A stretch of DNA of 64,000 nucleotides from assembly GCA_035625165.1 (NCBI GenBank), contig DASPQC010000009.1, positions 9,791 to 73,790 of the forward strand. The letters are read 5' to 3'. Of the stretch, positions 53,345 to 62,173 are shown one piece after another. The position numbers and the translations under genes were made by a program. Source of the DNA: Thermoplasmata archaeon (GTDB lineage Archaea > Thermoplasmatota > Thermoplasmata > Lutacidiplasmatales > UBA184). Positions within the stretch are counted from its first letter, which is position 1; every line of letters begins with the position of its first letter. The notes beneath the pieces were generated by a model. The model had not been told where the DNA came from and made no database searches. It worked only from the letters and a program-made list of their open reading frames with translations.

Positions 53345-54055
53345 ATGCAGCGGCCGGTGCCGGAGGAGCTGGGGACGTTCTCGATCGTCGCGTCGGACGT
53401 CGAGCGGGGTTTCTGGGGGGTGGCCGTCTCCACCCACCCGATCTCGGTCGGGGCGACCGTCCCCTGGGCGGAATGGAGGGTGGGGGCGATCGCGACCCAG
53501 GCCCTCTCCAATTACGGATACGGCCCGGAGGGACTCTCCCTCCTCCGCCGCGGGCTCTCGGCTCCCGAGGTCGTCCGCCGGCTGACCGACGCGGACCGGA
53601 AGCGAGAGCACCGGCAGCTCGCGGTCGTCGACCGACGCGGAAGGGTGGCGGCGTGGACGGGGAAGAAATGCCTCGACTCCGCGCTCCACATCACGGGGGA
53701 GGGTTTCTCCTGCCAGGGGAACCTTCTCGCGAGCGACGACGTGGTGAAGGCGATGGCCCGAAACTTCGAGGCGAGCCGCGGTTCGCTCGACCTCCGCCTG
53801 TTCGGCGCGGTCGAGGCGGGCCTCCGGGCGGGTGGGGACCGGCGCGGAGTCCAGTCCGCGGCGCTCGTGGTCGTACACCGCGAGCCGTGGTTCGACCGTG
53901 CCTCAAGCGACCGGTGGACGGACCTTCGGGTTGACCAGCACCCACGACCGGTCGCCGAGCTCGGGAGGATCCTCCGGATCGACCACGAGCTCACGCGAAA
54001 GTTCCTGAGAGCCCGGACAGCCCGGCTACGGCGTCGGCGCCGAGCGAGAGGCTGA
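53345..54055 (+). CDS. DUF1028-family (Ntn-hydrolase-like) protein
   Basis: 'GTFSIVASDVERGFWGVAVSTHPISVGATVPWAEWRVGAIATQALSN' is typical of DUF1028. Start at ATG 53345. Confidence 0.6.
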   Translation: MQRPVPEELGTFSIVASDVERGFWGVAVSTHPISVGATVPWAEWRVGAIATQALSNYGYGPEGLSLLRRGLSAPEVVRRLTDADRKREHRQLAVVDRRGRVAAWTGKKCLDSALHITGEGFSCQGNLLASDDVVKAMARNFEASRGSLDLRLFGAVEAGLRAGGDRRGVQSAALVVVHREPWFDRASSDRWTDLRVDQHPRPVAELGRILRIDHELTRKFLRARTARLRRRRRARG

Positions 54056-55336
54056 GCGACGGACTCCGGCCGCCCCGGTGAGGACGGCGTGGGAGCGGAG
54101 GGACCGCACGATCTTCTGGGACGAGGCCCCGGACCGAGCCAGCCGACGGGCCGTGCGGACGATCAGTCGTCCGGCGTCGTCGAATGGAGGGGCGAACGCC
54201 GGTCGGACGAATGGCGAGGGAAAGTTCCTCCACGCACCCTTTCGAACCGCGGCACGCCGGACCACCTCTCGAACCCGGCGGGCACGGGAGAAATCCCTGA
54301 GGTCCCGCAGCAGCTCCTCGGAGACCCCGTTCGCCCGGCCCGCGCGGACGAGGGCGAGGAGCTTCTCGGGTCGATGGCGACGCGCTGCCCCGCCGCGGCC
54401 GAGGACCCCGTTGAAGTAGAGGAACGGCCCCCGCACCTCGAGCGCCTCGAGCAGCGTGCGGCTCCCGGTCACGACCCGGACGGAGGCTTCCCGGAACCGG
54501 AGGCTCCACGCGGGGGACGGTTGGGGACCCTGGGTCAGCTCGACCCACTCCTCGTCCGGTCGGTACCGCCAAGGACGCGGGGAGCGGATCGTGAGGTGCA
54601 CTTTCCGGCCCGACTCCTTGAGCCCGCGGACGACTGCAGGAGCGATCCGCTCCGCGCTCGCGGGGCTCGCGTACCAGACCCACGATTCCTGTTCCCGAGA
54701 GGTGCCGCGCGGACTGGGTCGGAACCGCCTGGACCAGAGCGGCCCCGTCTGGACCGCTTCGGGCATCTCGCGGGCGAACGAGGAGTCCGGCGCGAACGTC
54801 GCAAAGAGGTGGAGCACGTTCGGACGGTCGAACGCGCGAAACTCCCGGAACGCGGCTCGGAATCGCTCGACGTCCCCGGCGGCGCGCGACTGCTTCCCGC
54901 GGCGGGAAAGCGCCCGGGCCCGGACCCCGCCCTCCCTCAGGCGTTCAAGGTTCTCCCGGCGGACGGTGAGCGTACGGGCGAACTCCTCGAGGCTCAGATG
55001 GAGCGTGCGGTCGGAGCCGTACGTCCGCTCGATATCGCTGGCCTCGTGGGCCCAGGGGCCCTCCCGCCCTAGTGGCCCGGGACGGCCGGGCGCAGCGTTG
55101 AGGCCGAACGCCGGGGAGACGGTGAGCGCCGCCGCGGCCCGAGGGTGAAGCGCGTGGGTCCGCCGGAGCGCCGGCCACGCCCACGGTCCGTCCACCCCTC
55201 GCGGGAGCGGCCGCCCCGGGCGGCGGTAGAGCTCGACCCGAAAGCCGGCCCGACGAAGTGCGCGACCAGCGGCGAGCACCTCCTCGATGTCCCCGAGCCC
55301 GCCTCCGACCACGGCCGGGAAGAGGTAGACGTCCAC
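54026..55336 (-). CDS. Hypothetical 436-aa protein (possibly GT-B-like fold)
   Basis: N-terminal 'VDVYLFPAVVGGGLGDIEEVLAAGRALRRAGFRVELY' resembles a Gly-rich glycosyltransferase N-terminus. No family recognised. GTG 55336 was chosen to avoid overlapping the upstream GNAT. Confidence 0.5.
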   Translation of the reverse strand: MDVYLFPAVVGGGLGDIEEVLAAGRALRRAGFRVELYRRPGRPLPRGVDGPWAWPALRRTHALHPRAAAALTVSPAFGLNAAPGRPGPLGREGPWAHEASDIERTYGSDRTLHLSLEEFARTLTVRRENLERLREGGVRARALSRRGKQSRAAGDVERFRAAFREFRAFDRPNVLHLFATFAPDSSFAREMPEAVQTGPLWSRRFRPSPRGTSREQESWVWYASPASAERIAPAVVRGLKESGRKVHLTIRSPRPWRYRPDEEWVELTQGPQPSPAWSLRFREASVRVVTGSRTLLEALEVRGPFLYFNGVLGRGGAARRHRPEKLLALVRAGRANGVSEELLRDLRDFSRARRVREVVRRAAVRKGAWRNFPSPFVRPAFAPPFDDAGRLIVRTARRLARSGASSQKIVRSLRSHAVLTGAAGVRRSASRSAPTP

Positions 55337-55358
55337 GCCGCCCCGTGGCGGCGGCCGT

Positions 55359-56294
55359 TCACCCGACGGGCCGGTAGAGCGTCGAGACCGAGATGGCATG
55401 GTGGAACCCGGCCGCCTCGAGGGCGGCCCGCGCCTGGGGTGGTTCGTTCGCGGCCACGCTGACGAGCCGGGGCGCCTTCCGTCCGGCACACCAGGCGGCC
55501 GCGGTCCGCGTGAGCGCGGCGCCGAGGTCGGGGGGCACGGTATCGGAGAGGAGCGGCTCCGAGAGGTGGCCGGCCTCGGTCGCCGCGGTGATCGCCCCCG
55601 AGACGTACCCCTCCGCCCCGTGGCCCCGGTCGATGACCCACGCGGCGACCTCCGTCGCCATCGCGTGGTTCAAGCGGGGGGACGGGCGGAACGAGCTTGG
55701 CGACGCCGGCAGAACCTCCTGGACGGCGGCTGGAACGGTTCGCTGCGAGACCCCGAGGAGGACCCCCGCGTCGGCCGCGGCGAACGGGCGGACCTGCGGT
55801 GGAGGAACGAACGGGAGGAGCGAGACGGGCCGGTCGTGGACATAGAGGCCCGTTCCGCGGAGGCGACGGTATCCGGCGGAGTCGTAGAGATGCACGGCCC
55901 GGGAGTTCGAGTCGAGCACGTCCAGCACCACGTAGGGCCGCCCTCGCCGGGCGGTGATCGCGCGGGCCTCCTCGAGGAGGCGCCGCGCGAGGCCGCGCCC
56001 TCGGTAGGCCGGGTCGACCACGACCATCGCGAGGTAGCCGGCGCGCGGCGTGAACGAGACCATCGTGGTCCCGACGATCTGGCCGTCCGCTTCGAAGACC
56101 AGGAAGCGGAACGGCGACCGACCCAGCAGACGCGCGAGCGCGAGGAGGAGGCGGGTGTCCCAGCGGAAGGCACGGGAGACGATCCTCTCGAACCCTTCCG
56201 GACGGGTGCCGAGGAGCGCCTCTTCCTCAGGGAACTCCCGGGTGAGGAACGTGAACACCCGTTCGGTGTCGCCCCGACGGAGGTCGCGGAGCAT
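55359..56294 (-). CDS. Two-domain GNAT-family acetyltransferase
   Basis: First domain 'YLAMVVVDPAYRGRGLARRLLEEA' (acetyl-CoA motif), followed by a second GNAT-like half. The ATG shares 1 nt with the HEAT-protein stop. Confidence 0.7.
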   Translation of the reverse strand: MLRDLRRGDTERVFTFLTREFPEEEALLGTRPEGFERIVSRAFRWDTRLLLALARLLGRSPFRFLVFEADGQIVGTTMVSFTPRAGYLAMVVVDPAYRGRGLARRLLEEARAITARRGRPYVVLDVLDSNSRAVHLYDSAGYRRLRGTGLYVHDRPVSLLPFVPPPQVRPFAAADAGVLLGVSQRTVPAAVQEVLPASPSSFRPSPRLNHAMATEVAAWVIDRGHGAEGYVSGAITAATEAGHLSEPLLSDTVPPDLGAALTRTAAAWCAGRKAPRLVSVAANEPPQARAALEAAGFHHAISVSTLYRPVG

Positions 56295-57778
56295 CAGGCC
56301 TCTTCGTCGTCGGTCGAGGCGAAGAGGGCGCCCTCCAGGAGCGACCTCAAGGTCGGAGGGCCGCGCTCGGGGGTGAGCTCGGGTGGCGGGAGACGGGCGG
56401 CCCGGTCGAGGTCATCCTCCTCGAGGCCCTCGCGGGCGTCCCGAAGCGCCCGGTGGATGAGCGCGTCGGGGGAGTGCTCGCAGAGACGACCGAGCGCCTG
56501 GACGGTGGCGTCGAACAGGCGGCTCTCCGCGTCCGATTGAAGCGGCTCCTCCGAGCCCCCGGCGTCGGTGGCGGCCATCGAGTCGGCCCGGGTCGGACGG
56601 AACTGGTAGAGCAGGCGGACGAGCTCCTCGCGCGCCCCATCGTCCCCGAGCCGACCGAGGGCCCAGACGGCGGCGAGACGCACCTCCGCGGCCGGGTCGT
56701 CGAGCTCGTCGCGAATCCGCGGCGCGGCCTCGGAGAGACCGAGTCGGCCGAGGGCGTAGATCGCTCCTCGCCGCGGCCACGCGTGCGGGTCGCGAAGGGT
56801 GGTGAGCAACGCAGGGAGGTCGTCCGGCGACCCGACCGCGCCGAGCGCCACCGCGGCGGCTCCCCGGACCGACCAGGAAGGGTCGCCGAGGTGGGCGAGC
56901 GCGACCGTCCGCGCCTCGGGGGCCTTCATGTCGGCGAGGGCATGGACCGCGCAGGTCCGAACCCATCGGGCCGGGTGCTCGGCGGAGGCGACCAAGGAGG
57001 GCACGGCCGACGGGTCCCCGATCCGGCCGAGGGCGACGAGGACCGCGGGTTTTTCCCAGCTCTTCGGGGAGGCGAGGAGCTCGAGGAGCCGGGGGACGCT
57101 TTCGCGGTCGCGCACGCGACCGGCGACCACCGCGGCCGCGACCCGGACCCGGGCCGACGGGTCGTGAAGGAATCCGCGGAGCCGCTCCATCGTCCGGTCG
57201 TCCGCGGCGTGGCCGACCGCGAGCACCGCCACCCGGCGGACCCGGTCGACCGGATCGGCGAGGGCCGCTTCGGCCTCCGACCGCGCGGCTGGGGTAGCGA
57301 TCTGCCCGAGGGCGATGACGACCGCCTGGCGGACCTCCCAGACCGGGTCGTCCCGCCGGGCCGCGAGCGCCGTCACCGACTCCGGCGGAGCGAGGGACGC
57401 GAGGGCGAACGCCGCCTTGCACCGGACGGAAGCGTCCGGGTCGGAGAGCGACCGCTCGAGTTCGAGCCGGCTCTCGGGCCGGCCGACCGCCCCGAGCGCC
57501 TCCACGGCGGCGCGCCGCACTCCGGCCTCGGGGTCGGTCAGCGCCGCGCTGAGCGCGCTCCGGGCCCTCGGGTCCTTGAGCATCCCGAGCGCGATCGCCG
57601 CCGTCTGGCGGACACCCGCGACCGGGTCGCTGAGCGCGACGAGGAGCGGCCCCAGGTCGGGGACGACCCCCCGGCGGACCGCCTCCCGGATCTCCGCAGC
57701 CCGCCGGGCGGGCGAGTCGACCGCCGGCGCGGGGTCCGAGGGGCGACGGCGGGCGCGCGGGGCCATCGTGGAACCCAC
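56294..57778 (-). CDS. HEAT-repeat (PBS-lyase-like) protein
   Basis: At least 10 repeats of the form 'D..VR..A..ALG.....A...L...L.D' across 494 aa. Confidence 0.75.
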   Translation of the reverse strand: MGSTMAPRARRRPSDPAPAVDSPARRAAEIREAVRRGVVPDLGPLLVALSDPVAGVRQTAAIALGMLKDPRARSALSAALTDPEAGVRRAAVEALGAVGRPESRLELERSLSDPDASVRCKAAFALASLAPPESVTALAARRDDPVWEVRQAVVIALGQIATPAARSEAEAALADPVDRVRRVAVLAVGHAADDRTMERLRGFLHDPSARVRVAAAVVAGRVRDRESVPRLLELLASPKSWEKPAVLVALGRIGDPSAVPSLVASAEHPARWVRTCAVHALADMKAPEARTVALAHLGDPSWSVRGAAAVALGAVGSPDDLPALLTTLRDPHAWPRRGAIYALGRLGLSEAAPRIRDELDDPAAEVRLAAVWALGRLGDDGAREELVRLLYQFRPTRADSMAATDAGGSEEPLQSDAESRLFDATVQALGRLCEHSPDALIHRALRDAREGLEEDDLDRAARLPPPELTPERGPPTLRSLLEGALFASTDDEEA

Positions 57779-57789
57779 CGAGAGGGTGA

Positions 57790-60126
57790 CTAAACGTTAC
57801 CGCCGCTCGCCGCTGTCGCGAGGAGGGCGCGCTGGGCCCGGCTCTCGGGGGAGCGGTACCGCTCGCGGGCCGGGGGGTCGGCGACCCTCCATCGCCCGAG
57901 GAGCTCCTCGCGTCGGACACCGAGCGGGGCGAGGAGGGTCTCCGCCGCGCGGGCGAGGATCTCGAGGTAGGCGTCGACGTCGTACCGCTCGTCGCCCGTC
58001 AAGAGCTCCGCCGCCCGGACCCGGCCGCGCCACGAACGGCTCCGCCGGTCGAGGAGGACGAACCGCACGGCCTCGCCGGCATCGCGGACCGCCCCGGCCT
58101 CCGCGAGCTGGCGGAGCGCCGCGACCGAGTCGGTGAACGTGACGAACGCCTCCGGTGCCTGGCCGATCCGGTGGTCGATCAGGAGCTCCTCGACCGGCCA
58201 GCCTCCCTCCCGGAGCCGCGCGGCGAACAGGTCGGCCCGGGCCAGGGCGCGGGGCAGGAGGGCCCGGATCCCTTCGGCGTCCCGCGCGCTCCGGAAGAGG
58301 GCGAGGACCTCCCCCTCGAAGCGGCGGACGAGCTCGGTCGTGTCGTGGCGTCGGGCGCCGATCCCACGCAGCTTGAACTCCCCGTGTTCGTAGAGGCCGT
58401 AGTAGCGGTTCGGGACGCCGAGGCCGTGGGTCACCGCCGGCAGGAAGACGACCCAGCGGTACCGCCCCTCGTAGCCGAGCGGGAGGTCGAAGCGGGCGCT
58501 CATCCGCTCCGCGAACGCCACCGGGTCGGGCGGGTGCGCCGGGTCGGTCGGCGCGAGCCAGAGCGAGTCGACGATCCCGTGGACGACCGAGTAGCCGGCC
58601 CGCTCCGCCTCCGGCAGGAGGTCGGCCAAGAGCGCGCGGGCGTAGGCGTTGATCGCTTCGTGGCACTCGATCCGGCCGAACCGGGCGTTGCGGTACCCTT
58701 GGTAACCGAAGGCGGTGACGAGGACCCATTTCAGCATCTTCACCCGCCGCTTCAGGCGGGCCTCCTCGTCGGCCGGGAGCCCCGGCCGCTTGAGCGCCGC
58801 CTTGTAGGCGAGGCGACGGGCGAGGAGCGGGGCGAGCGTCCGCGGGATGAGCCCGACCCGGCGGAGGCACGACCGGTAGCCGAGCCCCGGCGCTACGACC
58901 GGGCTCTTCGGGCAGCAGCGGCAGTCGAGCGTCTCCGCCGAGAGGTTCTTGCGGACCATGATGTGCGGGTAGAGGCTCGCGAAGTCGAACTCGTCGATCC
59001 GGTCGAAGACGCCGACCGGCGGGAGGAAGATTACCCCGCCGCGGTCGGCCCGGACGAGGTGGTCGGCCCGACGGAACCCCTCGGGCCGGTTCTTCTTCCA
59101 CGGGACGTGGGCCCCGAGGCGGAGCGCCGTCGCCATCTCCATCGCGGTGAAGCAGGTCCCGGGCGACTGGCGGACGACCGTCTGGAGCGAGAGGCGGGAG
59201 AGGCGGGCGGCGTCCACGAGGCCGGCGATCGAGGCGTCATCGAACAGGAACGAGTTCCCCCGGTCGACGTGGAACCGCCCGGGGACCGGATAGCTCGCGT
59301 CGCGGTGGAGGACGCGGCCGTACGACTCGAACGAGCGCGCCGGCCGCGACGGGCGGAACGCGACCGCCTCCCGGCCGAGGACGAACTCCTCGGGGGGGAG
59401 GCCCACCGCGGCCGCCCGCCGGTAGAGCCAGGGAAGGTCGAACGAATCGCCGCCGTCGGTCAGGAGGACGTCCGGGTCGGCGCGCGCGAGCTCATCGACC
59501 AGGGCGCGGAGGAGCTCCGTCTCGGGCCCCTCCAGGGTCGCTTCCCCGAGCCGCACCGACCCCAGGCGACCGTCCGGCGGCGGGATGCGGCCCCGTCGCT
59601 CTCCCGCGACCCGCACCTCGAGGGGAGCGACCGTGAGGGGCGGGGTCGGGTAGTCGACCGTCTCCGCCGGCTCGGTCGCGGCGAGCGCCGCGCCGTGACC
59701 GACCACCGGGGCGAACGGGAAGAGCCCGTGGGTGAGATGGTAGAGCTGCGGCGGGGTCAGGTCGACGTCGTAGAGGGTGAACCGCCCGTAGCCGCCGAGC
59801 GCATCGACCGCCCGGGCGAGCGACCGGCGCGCCGCGTTCCGCGCGGGGACGACCGTGAGGACCGGCCGCGCGCGACGGTCGAAGAGCGAGGGGCGGCCGC
59901 TCCCGAGCTCGACCGAGGCGACGTCCGGTCGCTCGCGGAGCGTGCGGGCGAGCGAAGCGAGCTCCTCCCTCGGCCCCTCGAGGAGGAACGGCGGACGGTA
60001 CTCGACCGCGGTCCGCCGGACGCGGCCGGTCCGGCGCTCCTTCACCCAGAGGACGACCGAGCGTCCGTCCGCGCTCTCGGTGATGTCGAGAAGCCAGCCG
60101 TCGGGCGTCGGGGAGGCTCCGTCCAC
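57790..60126 (-). CDS. polB: Family B DNA polymerase, divergent motifs
   Basis: Exo II 'GGDSFDLPWLYRRA', motif A 'DFASLYPHIM', motif B-like 'KWVLVTAFGYQGYRNARFG' and motif C-like 'VVHGIVDSLW' in a 778-aa protein. Confidence 0.9.
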   Translation of the reverse strand: MDGASPTPDGWLLDITESADGRSVVLWVKERRTGRVRRTAVEYRPPFLLEGPREELASLARTLRERPDVASVELGSGRPSLFDRRARPVLTVVPARNAARRSLARAVDALGGYGRFTLYDVDLTPPQLYHLTHGLFPFAPVVGHGAALAATEPAETVDYPTPPLTVAPLEVRVAGERRGRIPPPDGRLGSVRLGEATLEGPETELLRALVDELARADPDVLLTDGGDSFDLPWLYRRAAAVGLPPEEFVLGREAVAFRPSRPARSFESYGRVLHRDASYPVPGRFHVDRGNSFLFDDASIAGLVDAARLSRLSLQTVVRQSPGTCFTAMEMATALRLGAHVPWKKNRPEGFRRADHLVRADRGGVIFLPPVGVFDRIDEFDFASLYPHIMVRKNLSAETLDCRCCPKSPVVAPGLGYRSCLRRVGLIPRTLAPLLARRLAYKAALKRPGLPADEEARLKRRVKMLKWVLVTAFGYQGYRNARFGRIECHEAINAYARALLADLLPEAERAGYSVVHGIVDSLWLAPTDPAHPPDPVAFAERMSARFDLPLGYEGRYRWVVFLPAVTHGLGVPNRYYGLYEHGEFKLRGIGARRHDTTELVRRFEGEVLALFRSARDAEGIRALLPRALARADLFAARLREGGWPVEELLIDHRIGQAPEAFVTFTDSVAALRQLAEAGAVRDAGEAVRFVLLDRRSRSWRGRVRAAELLTGDERYDVDAYLEILARAAETLLAPLGVRREELLGRWRVADPPARERYRSPESRAQRALLATAASGGNV

Positions 60127-60133
60127 GGCCGGC

Positions 60134-60343
60134 CTAGTGGCGGACGCGGGCCGTCGCGGGCTCCGAGGGGAGCCGACGCGCGAGGTCGGTGAGGACGGAG
60201 AGGAGGATCGATTCCAGAAGGTCCGGGCTCCCGACGTACGTCGCCTGGGCGACGTACCGCCGCGCCCCCGTCCGGACGAGGTCGAAGGCGGCCCGCTCCT
60301 CGGGCGTCGTGAGGAGCCGCGCGAATTCGTCCCAGCGTTTCAT
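60134..60343 (-). CDS. Small (69 aa) helical hypothetical protein
   Basis: The ATG overlaps the stop of the RadA-like gene (ATGA), and the ORF ends 7 nt before the polB ATG. Codons are GC3-rich. No family recognised. Confidence 0.45.
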   Translation of the reverse strand: MKRWDEFARLLTTPEERAAFDLVRTGARRYVAQATYVGSPDLLESILLSVLTDLARRLPSEPATARVRH

Positions 60344-61212
60344 CCGCTCCTCGAGCGCCTGACGGTACGTCGGGGCGGTACGTCCCACGCGATCACCTCC
60401 TCGGCGGCCGACCGGCCGCCAAACTCCTCCATCCCCCGCTGGCCGGGAGCGCGCGGGACGAACGCGAGCCGGGCGTCGTCCCGGAGCGCCCGGGCCCGGA
60501 GCGCGACCGGCCCCCGTTCGAAGTAGACCAGGTCGGCCCAACGCAGCCCCTCCTCCGCGAGGCCCGAGAACCGCTCGAGGACCCCCGGCCCGAGCGTCAG
60601 GAGGAGCGGGACCGGGACGTCGTGGAGGAGCGCGCCCAAGGTCCGGGCGACGTGACGGAGGAGGGCCTCCCGCTCGTCGGCCGGCACCTCGTCGTCCAGG
60701 AAGAGGGTGGGGAGGTCGTGGCCGACGAGGAGCGTGGGGGGATGGCGGCGGACCTCGCGGGCCCACGCCTCCACGAGCGCGACCATCTGGTAGGCCGTGA
60801 ACGCCCGAGCGATGCGGATCCGCCGGAGCGTCTCGGTCGCGTCGACCCCGAGCGAGCGGCCGAGCTCCCCCACGCGGTACGGATGGAACCGGTTGGCCCC
60901 CTCGAGGAGGGAGAGGCGACCGCGGGCGACCGCGTTCCCCGCGTAGACCATCTCGAGGATCGGTTCCACCGCGACCTTGGGGCCGCACCAGAGAGTTGCC
61001 TCGCCCGGGCGGAACCGGGCAGCGAGCCAGGGGAAGAGCGCCGGCGCGGAGGGAAGGCACGGGGACGGGCGGGCTCTCGAGCGGCGGGGCGCGAGGCGGA
61101 GACGGAGGCCGGGGACCGACGGAGCGAGCGACGGCTCCTCGGGCCGGAACGGCTCGAAGAGGAGCGCATCCTCCGGCGGGAGCGTGGGCTCCACCGTGAA
61201 CGTCTCGGTCAT
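60340..61212 (-). CDS. RadA/RadB-like RecA-fold protein lacking a Walker A motif
   Basis: 'RIRIARAFTAYQMVALVE' matches the RadA block ..aRAyNsdHQm.. and 'PTLLVGHDLPTLF' is Walker B-like. At the Walker A position the sequence is 'LWCGPKVAVEPILEM'. Confidence 0.65.
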   Translation of the reverse strand: MTETFTVEPTLPPEDALLFEPFRPEEPSLAPSVPGLRLRLAPRRSRARPSPCLPSAPALFPWLAARFRPGEATLWCGPKVAVEPILEMVYAGNAVARGRLSLLEGANRFHPYRVGELGRSLGVDATETLRRIRIARAFTAYQMVALVEAWAREVRRHPPTLLVGHDLPTLFLDDEVPADEREALLRHVARTLGALLHDVPVPLLLTLGPGVLERFSGLAEEGLRWADLVYFERGPVALRARALRDDARLAFVPRAPGQRGMEEFGGRSAAEEVIAWDVPPRRTVRRSRSG

Positions 61213-61323
61213 CGTCCTCGACCGGTCGCCTCTAGGCGCCCGGCCGCTCTAAAGCGGCGGTTCGGGAGACGTTGAAACGGCCCGGGAACGGGGCGTTTCC
61301 GTGGGACCGGCGCGGAGGCGCGG

Positions 61324-62088
61324 CTAGTCGAGCCGGGAACGGGTCGCCGGAGGGGCGAGCCCGAGGAGCTCCGAGAGCGAACGGCAGTTCACGGCCGCGT
61401 CCCCGCGGAAGTGGTTGTTGAAGAACCCGTAGACCACGGACGCTTCCTCCGCGAGCGACCGGATCCGAGGCGCCCACGCCGAGATCTCGGCGGCCGAATA
61501 GGTGTAGTCGTACCAGGTCGGCGAGCCGTGGCCGTGCCAGCGAACGTAACTGAAGGGAGCGGTCACGTCGGTCGCGACCGGAAGGTGCGGTCCGTCCACG
61601 ATCACGTTCGCGAGCCCGAACTCCCGGAGCAGTGCGTACGATTCGGGGACGAGCCAAGACCGATCGCGGAACTCGACCGCGACCGGAAGGTCCTTCGGAA
61701 GCGTCTCGTAGAACGCCCGCACGGTACCGGGCTCGAACGGCAGGGAGGGGGGAAGTTGGAGGAGCCCGGCCGCGAACCGCCCGGCGTCCCGCAACGGGCG
61801 GACGACCGCGAGGAACCGGTGGAGCTCCTCGTCCGCGTTCACGAGCCGGAGGTCGTGGGTGATCGACTGGGGGAACTTCGCCGCGAACCGGAACTTGGGC
61901 GGCGTGCGCCGGACCCAGGACGCCGCGACCGACGGCGGGGGAAGCCGGTAGAACGTCGAGTTGACCTCGACGATCGGGAAGAGGCCGGCGTAGTAGTGCA
62001 GCCGGTCCGAGACGCCGCGCGGCGGGTAGACCTTGCCGACCCACTCGGGGTAGTCCCAGCCGCTGGTGCCGAGGACGACCTCGCCCAT
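61324..62088 (-). CDS. DUF72-family protein
   Basis: 'VVLGTSGWDYPEWVGKVYP' and 'VEVNSTFYRLP' are typical of DUF72. Confidence 0.8.
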   Translation of the reverse strand: MGEVVLGTSGWDYPEWVGKVYPPRGVSDRLHYYAGLFPIVEVNSTFYRLPPPSVAASWVRRTPPKFRFAAKFPQSITHDLRLVNADEELHRFLAVVRPLRDAGRFAAGLLQLPPSLPFEPGTVRAFYETLPKDLPVAVEFRDRSWLVPESYALLREFGLANVIVDGPHLPVATDVTAPFSYVRWHGHGSPTWYDYTYSAAEISAWAPRIRSLAEEASVVYGFFNNHFRGDAAVNCRSLSELLGLAPPATRSRLD

Positions 62089-62173
62089 CGCCCCTCTCCC
62101 GAGGAACGGGCCGGGCTCCCCTAAAACTCTCCCTAAGGTCGAGAAACGCTATGAGCCGCCCCGGTTCCGTGGG

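Noticed and set aside
58171-60192. 673-aa plus-strand ORF
   Set aside because: It is antisense to the family B polymerase gene (motif A DFASLYP and others) and has no motifs of its own.
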